A DNA stretch of 64,000 bases, from the NCBI GenBank assembly GCA_039586795.1, contig JBDHJS010000003.1, forward strand, positions 146,669 through 210,668, in the 5' to 3' direction. Below the pieces are notes generated by a model. That model was not told where the DNA came from. It made no database searches and was given only the letters and a program-made list of their open reading frames with translations. Origin of the DNA: Gemmatimonadota bacterium (GTDB taxonomy: Bacteria > Gemmatimonadota > Gemmatimonadetes > Palauibacterales > KS3-K002). A program made the translations under genes and the position numbers. Each line of letters starts with the position of its first letter. The first letter of the stretch is position 1. This document shows positions 20,869-29,338 of the stretch, in pieces.

Positions 20869-23301
20869 TCAGTCGGCGCGCAGCACCTCGGCCGCATCGA
20901 GCCTCGCGATGCGGCGGGCCGGCAGATAAACGGCAAGCGACGAGACGCCAAACAGCAGCCCGGCAGCGGCGGCGTAGGTCAGCAGATCGGTGGCGCCAAC
21001 CTCGAAGAGATAGCGATCCAAAAGCCCTGCGCACGGGAGCGCGACGGCGATTCCGCCCGCGACCCCAGCAAAAATGCCTGGAGCCGCCTGTATCAGAATA
21101 GACGAAGATGCTCGCGCGGCGGTTGAGCCAAGGGCAATTCGGATACCCAACTCTCGGGTTCGCTGACTGACGGTCCGCGCCGCCACGCCCGAGATTCCCA
21201 CCGCCACAAGCACCACGGCGATGACGGCGAACAGCATTACCATCAAGGAGCGGTACCGTTCGTCCGCCAGGGATCGGGAAAGGAGTTCCTCCATCGAGGC
21301 GACTTCAGATATCGGGAGGGCGCTATCGAGCTCCCAAACGGCTCTCATCGCGGGTTCCGCCACCAAGCGCGGTTCGATCCGTGTTCTGACAGCGACGGCC
21401 AGCGCACCCGGCGGCCGTTGCAGGCGGCTATGAAACAGCGCTGGCTCCATGGCGTCCTCTTGACCGGTCTCGGCGAAATCACCGACAACGCCAACTACCG
21501 TCATCAAGCCGTACGGAGTCAGCAGCCCTTTACCGAGCGGCGACTCGCTTGGCCAGAACCGCCGTGCCATAGACTCATTCACAACGATGACCCCTGGCGC
21601 ATCCGCGCGATCGGCTTGCGAAAAGAGTCTGCCGGCCAGGAGCGGGACGCCGAGCGTCTCGAAGTAACCCGGGTCGACTACGCGGTAGCGCGCGATAGGC
21701 GATGACGATGTGAGTCGGCTCTCCAGATCCTCCGAGCTGACCGATATCGATCCGCGGTTGCTGTAGCTAGTGAACGGAAGGGCCGTGCTCGACGTGACAG
21801 CGGCAACACCCGGGAGCGCGGCCAGCCTTGTCTGCAACTCGCCGGCGAACATCTCTCTTTGCTCCGCACTCGTGTACCGATAGCCAGGCAAGCTTAGCCG
21901 AAACGTCAGGAGGCTCTCTGACCGGAAGCCCGGGTCTACAGATCGCTGGCGGACAAGGCTTCGGAACAGCAGCCCGGCGCTGACCATGAGAACCATGGAC
22001 AGCGCCAGCTGACCGATCATGGCTGTGTTCTGCAGTCGACTGCGGTGACGCGAGACGCGGCGCGAGTTGGCGATCGATCCGTAGTTGTCGCTCCGCGCAA
22101 GCGAAAGTGCAGGTGCGAGACCGAAGATGAGCGTCGTCGCGATCGCAACGGCCAGTGCAAACGCCAAGACACGCCAATCGAACCCGACCTGGTCCAATCG
22201 AGAGATGTCCACGGGGGAAAGAACAACGAGTACTCGAGTACCCCAGGCCGCCAGCAGGCAGCCGACGAGAGCACCACAACTCGCCAGCAGTGCACTCTCG
22301 GTGAGCAACTGCCGCACGATTCGAACTCGGCTGGCGCCCAGAGCGGAACGAGTCGCGATCTCACCTTCCCGCCAACCGACTTCACCGAGGAGCAGGGCGC
22401 CGACGTTCCCGCACGCGATGAGCAACAGCAGACACACCGCGCCGAACAACAGAAGCAACGGGACCCGCGCGGCGCCGATCTCGGCCTCCCGGCGAAGCTC
22501 CAGCCGTGCGCCGCGCTTCGTCGGGTCGCCATCCGCCTGGAAGATCCGCTCGGCCTCCAACTGAGCGTCAGCGAGCGGCCTACCCGGCTGCAGACGTCCG
22601 ATCGCCTCGAAGTTCAGGCTCTCCGGGTGCAAACGCCTTCCGTCCGCACCGACCGGGATCCAGACCGCGGGTCTTCCTCCGCTCGTCTGCGAATACCTCA
22701 GCCGCTCGAGCTGGAAACCGGGCGGCAGGACCCCAACTATGGTATAGCGATCGTCATCGAGCGCGAGAGTCCTGCCGATGACGTTTGCGTCCGCACCGAA
22801 TCCACTCTCCCATATCTCGTGCGACAGCACGGCTAGCAGAGGAGCGCCGCCTCCCTCTTCGCCCGGAAGAAACCACCGCCCGACGGACGGAGTGATGCCA
22901 AGCAATGGGAGCAGTGACGCCGTTCCAATGCCGACCGCCACCTCGCGCGGCTCTCCGAGCCCGTTTAGGACGAACGGTCTCACATTGTAGGCCGCAACGT
23001 CGCTGAAGAACGTCTGCTGCTCCCTGAGATCGGCGTAGTCCGGGTAGGAAAGGCCCATCTGGTCCCACGTCGCTTCCATCGTTGGCCGCCCACGCCAGTG
23101 GGGGAACGTCTGCCAGATGGCGACCAGCTGGCCGGGTTCCGTGTACGGGAGTGGACGCATCAGAACGCCATCAACTACGGAGAACATCGCCGTCGTGGCA
23201 CCGATCCCAATCCCAAGCGCGAGGACGGCTACCGCGCTAAACGCCGGACGGCGCCGCATCTGACGGAGGGCGAAACGCAGATCCTGAAGAAGAAAGCCCA
23301 T
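20869..23301 (-). CDS. duplicated MacB/FtsX-type ABC permease (ADOP family)
   Basis: LQDLRFALRQMRRRPAF, GIGATTAMFS, LLIACGNV, RELGIRIALG and PARRIARLD. The start is ATG 23301 or 23316. Confidence 0.9.
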   Translation of the reverse strand: MGFLLQDLRFALRQMRRRPAFSAVAVLALGIGIGATTAMFSVVDGVLMRPLPYTEPGQLVAIWQTFPHWRGRPTMEATWDQMGLSYPDYADLREQQTFFSDVAAYNVRPFVLNGLGEPREVAVGIGTASLLPLLGITPSVGRWFLPGEEGGGAPLLAVLSHEIWESGFGADANVIGRTLALDDDRYTIVGVLPPGFQLERLRYSQTSGGRPAVWIPVGADGRRLHPESLNFEAIGRLQPGRPLADAQLEAERIFQADGDPTKRGARLELRREAEIGAARVPLLLLFGAVCLLLLIACGNVGALLLGEVGWREGEIATRSALGASRVRIVRQLLTESALLASCGALVGCLLAAWGTRVLVVLSPVDISRLDQVGFDWRVLAFALAVAIATTLIFGLAPALSLARSDNYGSIANSRRVSRHRSRLQNTAMIGQLALSMVLMVSAGLLFRSLVRQRSVDPGFRSESLLTFRLSLPGYRYTSAEQREMFAGELQTRLAALPGVAAVTSSTALPFTSYSNRGSISVSSEDLESRLTSSSPIARYRVVDPGYFETLGVPLLAGRLFSQADRADAPGVIVVNESMARRFWPSESPLGKGLLTPYGLMTVVGVVGDFAETGQEDAMEPALFHSRLQRPPGALAVAVRTRIEPRLVAEPAMRAVWELDSALPISEVASMEELLSRSLADERYRSLMVMLFAVIAVVLVAVGISGVAARTVSQRTRELGIRIALGSTAARASSSILIQAAPGIFAGVAGGIAVALPCAGLLDRYLFEVGATDLLTYAAAAGLLFGVSSLAVYLPARRIARLDAAEVLRAD

Positions 23302-23373
23302 CGGAAATCCTGTCATGTCGGGCGGCTGGGGCGATTGCCGTTACAGCCGGATTAGATCATGACAGAAGGAGAA

Positions 23374-23408
23374 GGGTTGGCATGCCCGGAACACAGCCAT
23401 GCCAACCC
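23374..23408 (-). terminator. putative intrinsic terminator
   Basis: GGGTTGGCATG...CATGCCAACCC stem followed by TTCTCCTTCT on the minus strand, just after the 23433 stop. Confidence 0.6.
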
Positions 23409-23432
23409 GACAAGCAGTAGAACGGTGAACGA

Positions 23433-24011
23433 CTATCCACCGCAGTTCATCACGCTCGATCCGCTTGGGTGCATGTAGTAGCTGCAGTTTCCGTCGCCCC
23501 CGATTGAGCCAAACGGCGTCCGCCGCGTGTATCCGCTACCGCCCGTAGCCGCCATCGCGGCCGCCAGGTTGAACAGCGCCGGACCGCCCTCGTAACCGCC
23601 GATCCCTTCCCAGTTGAGCCAGTAGCGACCCGGGTTCACGTACCCGAAGATCCCTCTCAGGAATTCCACTTCCTGCATGTGGATCTCGCGCCCATTGATG
23701 AACACGTTCGTGCCGCCACCTGACGCATCCGGTTGAAGTTGACCGCCGAGCTGTAGGTAGGGGAGGATTTGGCCTTGCGTCGGACCGCCCTCCATCCCCC
23801 AGAGCCCGGACACCGGGTCGTACCAGTATCGGCCCGGAGGGATTTCAACCTGGGCGTTCTCCGGAATTCCCAGGCCCGTCTGCAGATCCTTGATCTGCTG
23901 GGCAGTCACCTTCTGACCGTTGATGATCACTTCCGGCTCTTGTGACTGAGAAACGCCGCACGCCAGAAGACATGTGCCCACCACCGCCGCCGCCAGTCCG
24001 TTCGCTCGCAT
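23433..24011 (-). CDS. lipoprotein with a domain resembling plant XLG/EDR4 N-terminal domains
   Basis: GGAGG RBS, lipobox LLAC and PGRYWYDPVSGLWGMEG...DASGGGTNVFINGREI. Confidence 0.8.
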   Translation of the reverse strand: MRANGLAAAVVGTCLLACGVSQSQEPEVIINGQKVTAQQIKDLQTGLGIPENAQVEIPPGRYWYDPVSGLWGMEGGPTQGQILPYLQLGGQLQPDASGGGTNVFINGREIHMQEVEFLRGIFGYVNPGRYWLNWEGIGGYEGGPALFNLAAAMAATGGSGYTRRTPFGSIGGDGNCSYYMHPSGSSVMNCGG

Positions 24012-24251
24012 AGCCACCTCCAGCTAATGACTGAGCTTCGTGGATATATGCTTGGGCCAAGACCCGGGCCGGTGCTTTTCAGCTGTTTAGCATAGCGTTC
24101 CGCGAATCGGCGCGCCACGTAGTCACCGCCTGCTTCGGTGTCGATTTCGGTATGAAGCGCTTCGGAGATGGACAGCACGCCGTAGGCGGGAACGACCCCG
24201 TCACTTTCGCCGCGATCGGCGTCCTGCTTGAGTAGGTAGAGATAAGAAAAG

Positions 24252-24285
24252 AGGGTCGCGGGGGTAAACCTCCACCCGCGACCCT
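24252..24285 (-). terminator. intrinsic terminator of the tRNA operon
   Basis: AGGGTCGCGGG...CCCGCGACCCT stem followed by CTTTTCTT on the minus strand, 20 nt after tRNA-Gly. Confidence 0.8.
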
Positions 24286-24305
24286 AAGATGCCTACAACT
24301 TGAAG

Positions 24306-24379
24306 AGCGGGAGACGGGACTCGAACCCGCGACCCTCAGCTTGGAAGGCTGATGCTCTGGCCAACTGAGCTACTCCCGC
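24306..24379 (-). tRNA. tRNA-Gly(TCC)
   Basis: GCGGGAGTAGCTCAGTTGGCCAGAGCATCAGCCTTCCAAGCTGAGGGTCGCGGGTTCGAGTCCCGTCTCCCGCT, anticodon TCC. Confidence 0.96.
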
Positions 24380-24411
24380 AACACGTATCTACTCGACCAT
24401 CACCTACGACA

Positions 24412-24485
24412 TGGGGCGGGAGGGACTCGAACCCCCGACCTCTGCGATGTGAGCGCAGCGCTCTAGCCAGCTGAGCTACCGCCCC
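24412..24485 (-). tRNA. tRNA-Val(CAC)
   Basis: GGGGCGGTAGCTCAGCTGGCTAGAGCGCTGCGCTCACATCGCAGAGGTCGGGGGTTCGAGTCCCTCCCGCCCCA, anticodon CAC. Confidence 0.96.
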
Positions 24486-24529
24486 TACTGTGTTGACTAC
24501 GGCTTACTGCTTACCGTTTAACGACTTAG

Positions 24530-24602
24530 AGCGGGAGACGGGTCTCGAACCCGCGACCTCGAGCTTGGGAAGCTCGCGCTCTACCAACTGAGCTACTCCC
24601 GC
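24530..24602 (-). tRNA. tRNA-Gly(CCC)
   Basis: GCGGGAGTAGCTCAGTTGGTAGAGCGCGAGCTTCCCAAGCTCGAGGTCGCGGGTTCGAGACCCGTCTCCCGCT, anticodon CCC. Confidence 0.96.
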
Positions 24603-24753
24603 GTAGAACCGCCGGCGGCGCCGACCGGGGCATGGAAATTTGCCGAGAGCGGCCTGAAATACAAGTCCTCCGAACCTGTGGTTGCAGGGATCCAACACCA
24701 AAGCTAACCTGACATCGTCCCTAACCACGCTGACCTCGTGCAAGGATGGCCCC

Positions 24754-25743
24754 ATGAACACGCTCGCCAGAGCGGCGGCCGCCGTTCCACTGCTGGCAGC
24801 AATGGCCGTGCCAGCGACCGCCCAAAAAGTCGATATCGTCGAGTGGAAAGTGCCGTGGGAGAATACGCGGCCTCGTGATCCCTACGTCCATAGCGCGAGC
24901 CAGGTTTGGTTCGTCGGTCAACGAGGGGATTACGTCGCCTACCTCGAGCCCGCGACGGGCGAGTTCAAGCGCTACGAGCTGGAAGCGGGCGCCGGTCCTC
25001 ACAACCTGATCGTCGAAGAGAGCGGTACCGTTTGGTACGCCGGAAATCGCGCCTCTCACATCGGCAAACTCGACCCGATGACCGGGGACATCGTGAAGTA
25101 CCCGATGCCGAATCCGGCCGCTCGCGACCCACACACACTCATATTCAACAGCGAAGGCGACATCTGGTTCACCGTGCAAGGCGGCAACTTCGTCGGCCTG
25201 CTCGATACAGGGAGTGGCGAAGTGCAACTCGTCGCCGTGCCGACGGAGCGCGCACGTCCGTACGGCATCCTCGTCGACTCGAACGACCGCCCGTGGATCG
25301 TCGAGTTCGGCACCCACAAGATCTCCACCGTCGACCCGAACACAATGGAGCTCGAAGAGATCGCACTTCCACGCGCAGAGGCGCGTCCGCGTCGATTGGC
25401 TATAACCTCTGACGGTTCCGTCTGGTATGTGGACTATGCCCAGGGATTCTTGGGCCGCCTGGACCCGAAAACGCATGAGGTTGAAGAGTGGGCAACGCCC
25501 AGCGGCGCCTCCTCGCGCCCCTACGCCATGGCCTCCGACGACAAGGACCGGGTGTGGTTCGTGGAAAGCGGCGTACAGCCAAACCTTCTCGTCGGCTTCG
25601 ACCCGAGGACGCAGGAGTTCTTCAGCATCACCGAGATCGAGAGCGGCGGCGGCACGGTGCGGCACATGGTGTTCTACGAGCCGACGCGCGAGATCTGGTT
25701 CGGGACGGATACAAACACGATCGGTAGAGCTCGGGTACCCTAG
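24754..25743 (+). CDS. secreted Vgb (virginiamycin B lyase)-like beta-propeller
   Basis: Signal peptide, then repeats of P-x-x-(L/I)...G-x-(V/I)W(F/Y)...(I/L)G-x-LDP. Confidence 0.85.
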   Translation: MNTLARAAAAVPLLAAMAVPATAQKVDIVEWKVPWENTRPRDPYVHSASQVWFVGQRGDYVAYLEPATGEFKRYELEAGAGPHNLIVEESGTVWYAGNRASHIGKLDPMTGDIVKYPMPNPAARDPHTLIFNSEGDIWFTVQGGNFVGLLDTGSGEVQLVAVPTERARPYGILVDSNDRPWIVEFGTHKISTVDPNTMELEEIALPRAEARPRRLAITSDGSVWYVDYAQGFLGRLDPKTHEVEEWATPSGASSRPYAMASDDKDRVWFVESGVQPNLLVGFDPRTQEFFSITEIESGGGTVRHMVFYEPTREIWFGTDTNTIGRARVP

Positions 25744-25745
25744 TG

Positions 25746-26318
25746 ATGTTTCAGTATTCGATGGTCGCGGTTGTGTTGGGCATCGCGGGTCTCACTGGCG
25801 CGTTGCGATCCGGCTACACAGACGGCCCCTTGCCCGGACACACCGGTGGATTCGGTGAGCCCACATGTCATGCGTGCCATTTTGAAGAGGCGATCAACGA
25901 CCCGGCGGGCTCGCTCAATCTGAGGGGGATCGAAGACGGCCGGTTCGTTCCCGGCCGCCGTTACCGTCTGACCGTCGAACTCGAACGACCTGAGATGCGG
26001 CTAGCTGGATTCCAGCTCGCGGTTCGCTTCGCCAGCGAACCGCGAGCCGCCGAACAGGCAGGCTCGCTGACGGCGATCGATTCGCTGGCCTCCGTGATCG
26101 TATGGGGAGATCCGCCGGTTCAGTACGCCCGGCATACCGCCTCGGGCTCCGACAACGTGAAGATGGGAAAGGCCATGTGGGCGGTCGATTGGATCGCGCC
26201 AGTGGAGGCCGCCGACCTGGTCATCCACGTCGCCGCGAACGCGGCCAACGACGATGCCTCCGAGTTCGGTGACTACATCTACGTGGACAGCCTCGTTCTA
26301 GCCCCAGCGGACCGATAG
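25746..26318 (+). CDS. Reeler-like / choice-of-anchor V domain protein with CxxCH
   Basis: GHTGGFGEPTCHACH, AGFQL, WAVDWIAP and AANAANDDASEFGDYIY. It abuts the Vgb-like gene. Confidence 0.75.
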   Translation: MFQYSMVAVVLGIAGLTGALRSGYTDGPLPGHTGGFGEPTCHACHFEEAINDPAGSLNLRGIEDGRFVPGRRYRLTVELERPEMRLAGFQLAVRFASEPRAAEQAGSLTAIDSLASVIVWGDPPVQYARHTASGSDNVKMGKAMWAVDWIAPVEAADLVIHVAANAANDDASEFGDYIYVDSLVLAPADR

Positions 26319-26350
26319 CACCGTCTACCGTCCACCGTCTACCTAATACC

Positions 26351-27136
26351 CTACTCCCTACGGCCAACCGGTATCTCGTGCCTCCCGAAATTGTACGTCC
26401 CCACTTCCCCGACAATCACTTCCACCGTCAGGTCCCCACGAGCGGAGGCCGGTACTTCAATCGTCCCCTCGAACACGCTCGGGTCGCCGGCATATTCGAG
26501 CTCAGCCGTGGCGATGACTCGCCCGTTCGCTTTGAGCCTTGCCAGGAAACTCTTCACGTCCGCGTCCCACATGCCTTCCGGCGTAATCGTACAACCGCAC
26601 ATCATGCGGACACGGGCCTTCACTTCGAGTTCTTCACCCACGGGATCGAGAGGCTCCGGCGTGAGGATCTCGACGATGAAGCCGTGGAGCTCCAGCGTCA
26701 CGCCCTCACCGACCATGTCCTGCCCCGGCACAAGAAGTATCTGCTTGGACGCCGATCGCATCGCCTGCGGGTATTCCAGGGGACCGACAGCTGAAATATT
26801 GACAACCGTCGGTGCGGACAGCTGCAGCTCCGCCAGGAATCCCGCCGCCCCTTCTGTGTCGTAGAGGGTCATCCCGCGCTCGCGAGGCGTCGACATGATG
26901 AGATCCGTGCGTCCGGTACCGCCTTTCTGAACTCCCTCGGCCAACACCGCACCCGTAGCGGCGTTTACGATCGTCACCTTCGCGCCGCCAACACCGCTAC
27001 CGATGATCTTCGCGTCGCGAGCGGTCACCCGAACCATCACCCTCGTCGTTACCGCATCCTGTGCCATGGCGCTCGAAGCGGTGAGTCCAATGACGGCCGC
27101 CAATACGGACAACCGGCGAGTGGCACGTGTTCGCAT
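26351..27136 (-). CDS. secreted hypothetical protein
   Basis: GGAGG RBS, signal peptide (MRTRATRRLSVLAAVIGLTASSAMAQ), VRVTARDAKIIGSGVGGA and MMCGC motif. Confidence 0.8.
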   Translation of the reverse strand: MRTRATRRLSVLAAVIGLTASSAMAQDAVTTRVMVRVTARDAKIIGSGVGGAKVTIVNAATGAVLAEGVQKGGTGRTDLIMSTPRERGMTLYDTEGAAGFLAELQLSAPTVVNISAVGPLEYPQAMRSASKQILLVPGQDMVGEGVTLELHGFIVEILTPEPLDPVGEELEVKARVRMMCGCTITPEGMWDADVKSFLARLKANGRVIATAELEYAGDPSVFEGTIEVPASARGDLTVEVIVGEVGTYNFGRHEIPVGRRE

Positions 27137-27176
27137 CACTGCCTCCAGGATGAATCCCTCTGTCTGAACGAGAGGC

Positions 27177-28172
27177 CTACCAGCGGATGAGCGCGGCGCC
27201 CCAGGTGAATCCACTTCCGAATGCGGTCAGGCACACCAGGTCGCCCTGCTTGATCCGACCTTCCTCCACGGCCTCGTGGAGTGCGATGGGAATGCTGGCG
27301 GCCGTGGTGTTTCCGTACTTGTGAATGTTGCTCATCACCTTGTCGTCGGGGAGGCCCAGCTGCTTCTGCACGGCCTGCGTGATCCGGTAGTTCGCCTGGT
27401 GCGGTATCACGAGGTCGATGTCCTCCAGCGACAGGCCCGTGGCCTCCAGCGCCTCTTTCACCGCCTGTGGCATCCGTACCGATGCATGCTTGAAGACCTC
27501 CCTCCCCTCCATGATCGGCTTGGTGAGACCCTCCTCGATCATGCCCGGCACCAGCCACGGGTTGTACCGCGAGCCAGGGGCTTCCATCCACAGCTTCTCC
27601 GCGTACTTGCCGTCTGCATGGATGTTCACGGCCAGCACGCCCCGATCCCCGTCTTCCACCGGGCCCAGTACCACCGCGCCAGCACCGTCACCAAACAGCA
27701 CCGCCGTGTCACGCCCCTCCGTGGTCTTCACCAATCCGGTGGAGTGCACCTCGCTCCCGACCAGCAAAATCCGCTTGTAGACGCCGGTCCGGATCCAGGC
27801 ATCCGCAATCGAAAGCCCGTAAATGAAGCCAGAGCATTGGTTTCGGACGTCCAGGCAGGGAATGCCTGAAATGCCCAACTTTCTCTGCAGAAACACGCCC
27901 GCGCCCGGGAAATACACGTCCGGGCTCAGCGTGGCGACGATCAGGCAATCGAGCTCGGAGGCCTCCAGCTCGGCCGCCTCCAGAGCCCGTCGCGCCGCCT
28001 CCACCCCCAGATCCGAGCTTCCGACTCCGCCCTCGACCCACCGACGCTCCTCGATCCCCGAGCGCTGGCGAATCCACTCGTCGCTGGTATCCATCATCTG
28101 CTCGAGATCATGGTTGGTTACGACACGATCGGGTACATAAAAACCGGTTGATAGGATCTGCGTATGTGGCAT
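27177..28172 (-). CDS. fabH: beta-ketoacyl-ACP synthase III
   Basis: DTSDEWIRQRSGIEERR, catalytic C (NQCSGF), LFGDGAGA, PHQAN and YGNTTAASIP. Confidence 0.95.
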   Translation of the reverse strand: MPHTQILSTGFYVPDRVVTNHDLEQMMDTSDEWIRQRSGIEERRWVEGGVGSSDLGVEAARRALEAAELEASELDCLIVATLSPDVYFPGAGVFLQRKLGISGIPCLDVRNQCSGFIYGLSIADAWIRTGVYKRILLVGSEVHSTGLVKTTEGRDTAVLFGDGAGAVVLGPVEDGDRGVLAVNIHADGKYAEKLWMEAPGSRYNPWLVPGMIEEGLTKPIMEGREVFKHASVRMPQAVKEALEATGLSLEDIDLVIPHQANYRITQAVQKQLGLPDDKVMSNIHKYGNTTAASIPIALHEAVEEGRIKQGDLVCLTAFGSGFTWGAALIRW

Positions 28173-28279
28173 GGATCACATTGTCGTGGTTTGGTGAGTC
28201 ATGGATGACTCGCGTGGAATCGATTGATGTGATAATCTACCGCGTTCCAGACGTCTTGACGACACTGAGGGAGGAACGG

Positions 28280-29242
28280 TTGGCGAAGCAGAAGGTGGCT
28301 GCCGCGAAAGGCCGCAGCCCGTCAAAGAAAGCCCAGACACAAATCACAGTCAGGCAGGTCCAGGACGCGGCGGAACAAGGCCGGGAGTGGCTGAGTCAGC
28401 GCCGGGATTACTTCGGTTTCCTTGCCCGACGTGACGTGTCCCGGGGGGCTCCCGAGCTGGCCAGGCACCTGCAGGGCGATTTGCGGGCAAAGCAAGGCCG
28501 GGACGGAGGGTTCTACGAGGGCGATCTGGAGGAGACGGCGGAGTCGATCTGGCGTCTGCTGGATCTCGGACTACCGGCCGGGGCCCAGGCGATAGCCGCG
28601 GGGCTGGATTGGCTGTACGCCCAGCGGGACCAGGAAGGCGCCTACGGCGCGGGGTGTACTCCGGCGCGCCATGAGCAGCGGATCTGCGAGCACTTCTTGA
28701 GTGGCTTCTTCAGCCCGGGCTATGCGGACGAAGCGATTGAGGCTGTCCTGGAGAACGGGCAGACCGTGACATCGGACAGTGGCGCTCGGCTGCTCATTTC
28801 CGAGCGTGCCCTGCGCGCGGCGCTGCGGGCAAGTCCAGGCGACCCGCGGGCGACGTCCTCCGTGGCAGGTCTGCGCAACCTCCCGTTGTATCTGGAGTAC
28901 GGCGGCACCTACACGCCGGCGGTGTTGGTGGGCGCGCTGCAAGCGCTGGCCTGGGCACCGAGCCCTCGACCCAGCGAGTTGGAGGCCGGCCTGGAATCGC
29001 TGGCAGCTGCCCAGGCGAAGGACGGTACGTGGCCGAAAGTCGAGTTCTTCTTCGTGCTCGAGATGCTGCTCGAGATGCGGCATCCGTTTGCACAGACGCT
29101 GCTCAGGAAGGCGACTCCCCGGCTGCTGGAAACGCAACACAAGAGCGGAGATTGGGGCCGACACCACCAGGCGGCTCAGACCTGGATCGGCGTCCAGGTA
29201 TTGGAGCGGGTGGCGCAGGCCATGAGAGGCGGCGCCAGGTAG
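28280..29242 (+). CDS. prenyltransferase/squalene-cyclase-repeat (alpha/alpha barrel) protein
   Basis: GGAGG RBS before TTG 28280 and QW-like repeats QGRDGGF, QRDQEGAY, QAKDGTW and QHKSGDW. Confidence 0.6.
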   Translation: MAKQKVAAAKGRSPSKKAQTQITVRQVQDAAEQGREWLSQRRDYFGFLARRDVSRGAPELARHLQGDLRAKQGRDGGFYEGDLEETAESIWRLLDLGLPAGAQAIAAGLDWLYAQRDQEGAYGAGCTPARHEQRICEHFLSGFFSPGYADEAIEAVLENGQTVTSDSGARLLISERALRAALRASPGDPRATSSVAGLRNLPLYLEYGGTYTPAVLVGALQALAWAPSPRPSELEAGLESLAAAQAKDGTWPKVEFFFVLEMLLEMRHPFAQTLLRKATPRLLETQHKSGDWGRHHQAAQTWIGVQVLERVAQAMRGGAR

Positions 29243-29338
29243 CTGGAAGAGGGGAAAATCCCCTTGACGCCTACCAAGCCGAATCTTATGTCTCACGCCG
29301 AAACTTATCATCGCAAGCTGCGGACATCCGTCGGGAGG

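Noticed and set aside
24504..24761. 85-aa ORF containing AGVAQLVER
   Set aside because: It is a translation of the tRNA-Gly gene.
24721..25665. 314-aa antisense ORF
   Set aside because: It is the shadow of the Vgb-like gene. Long antisense frames are expected at this GC content.
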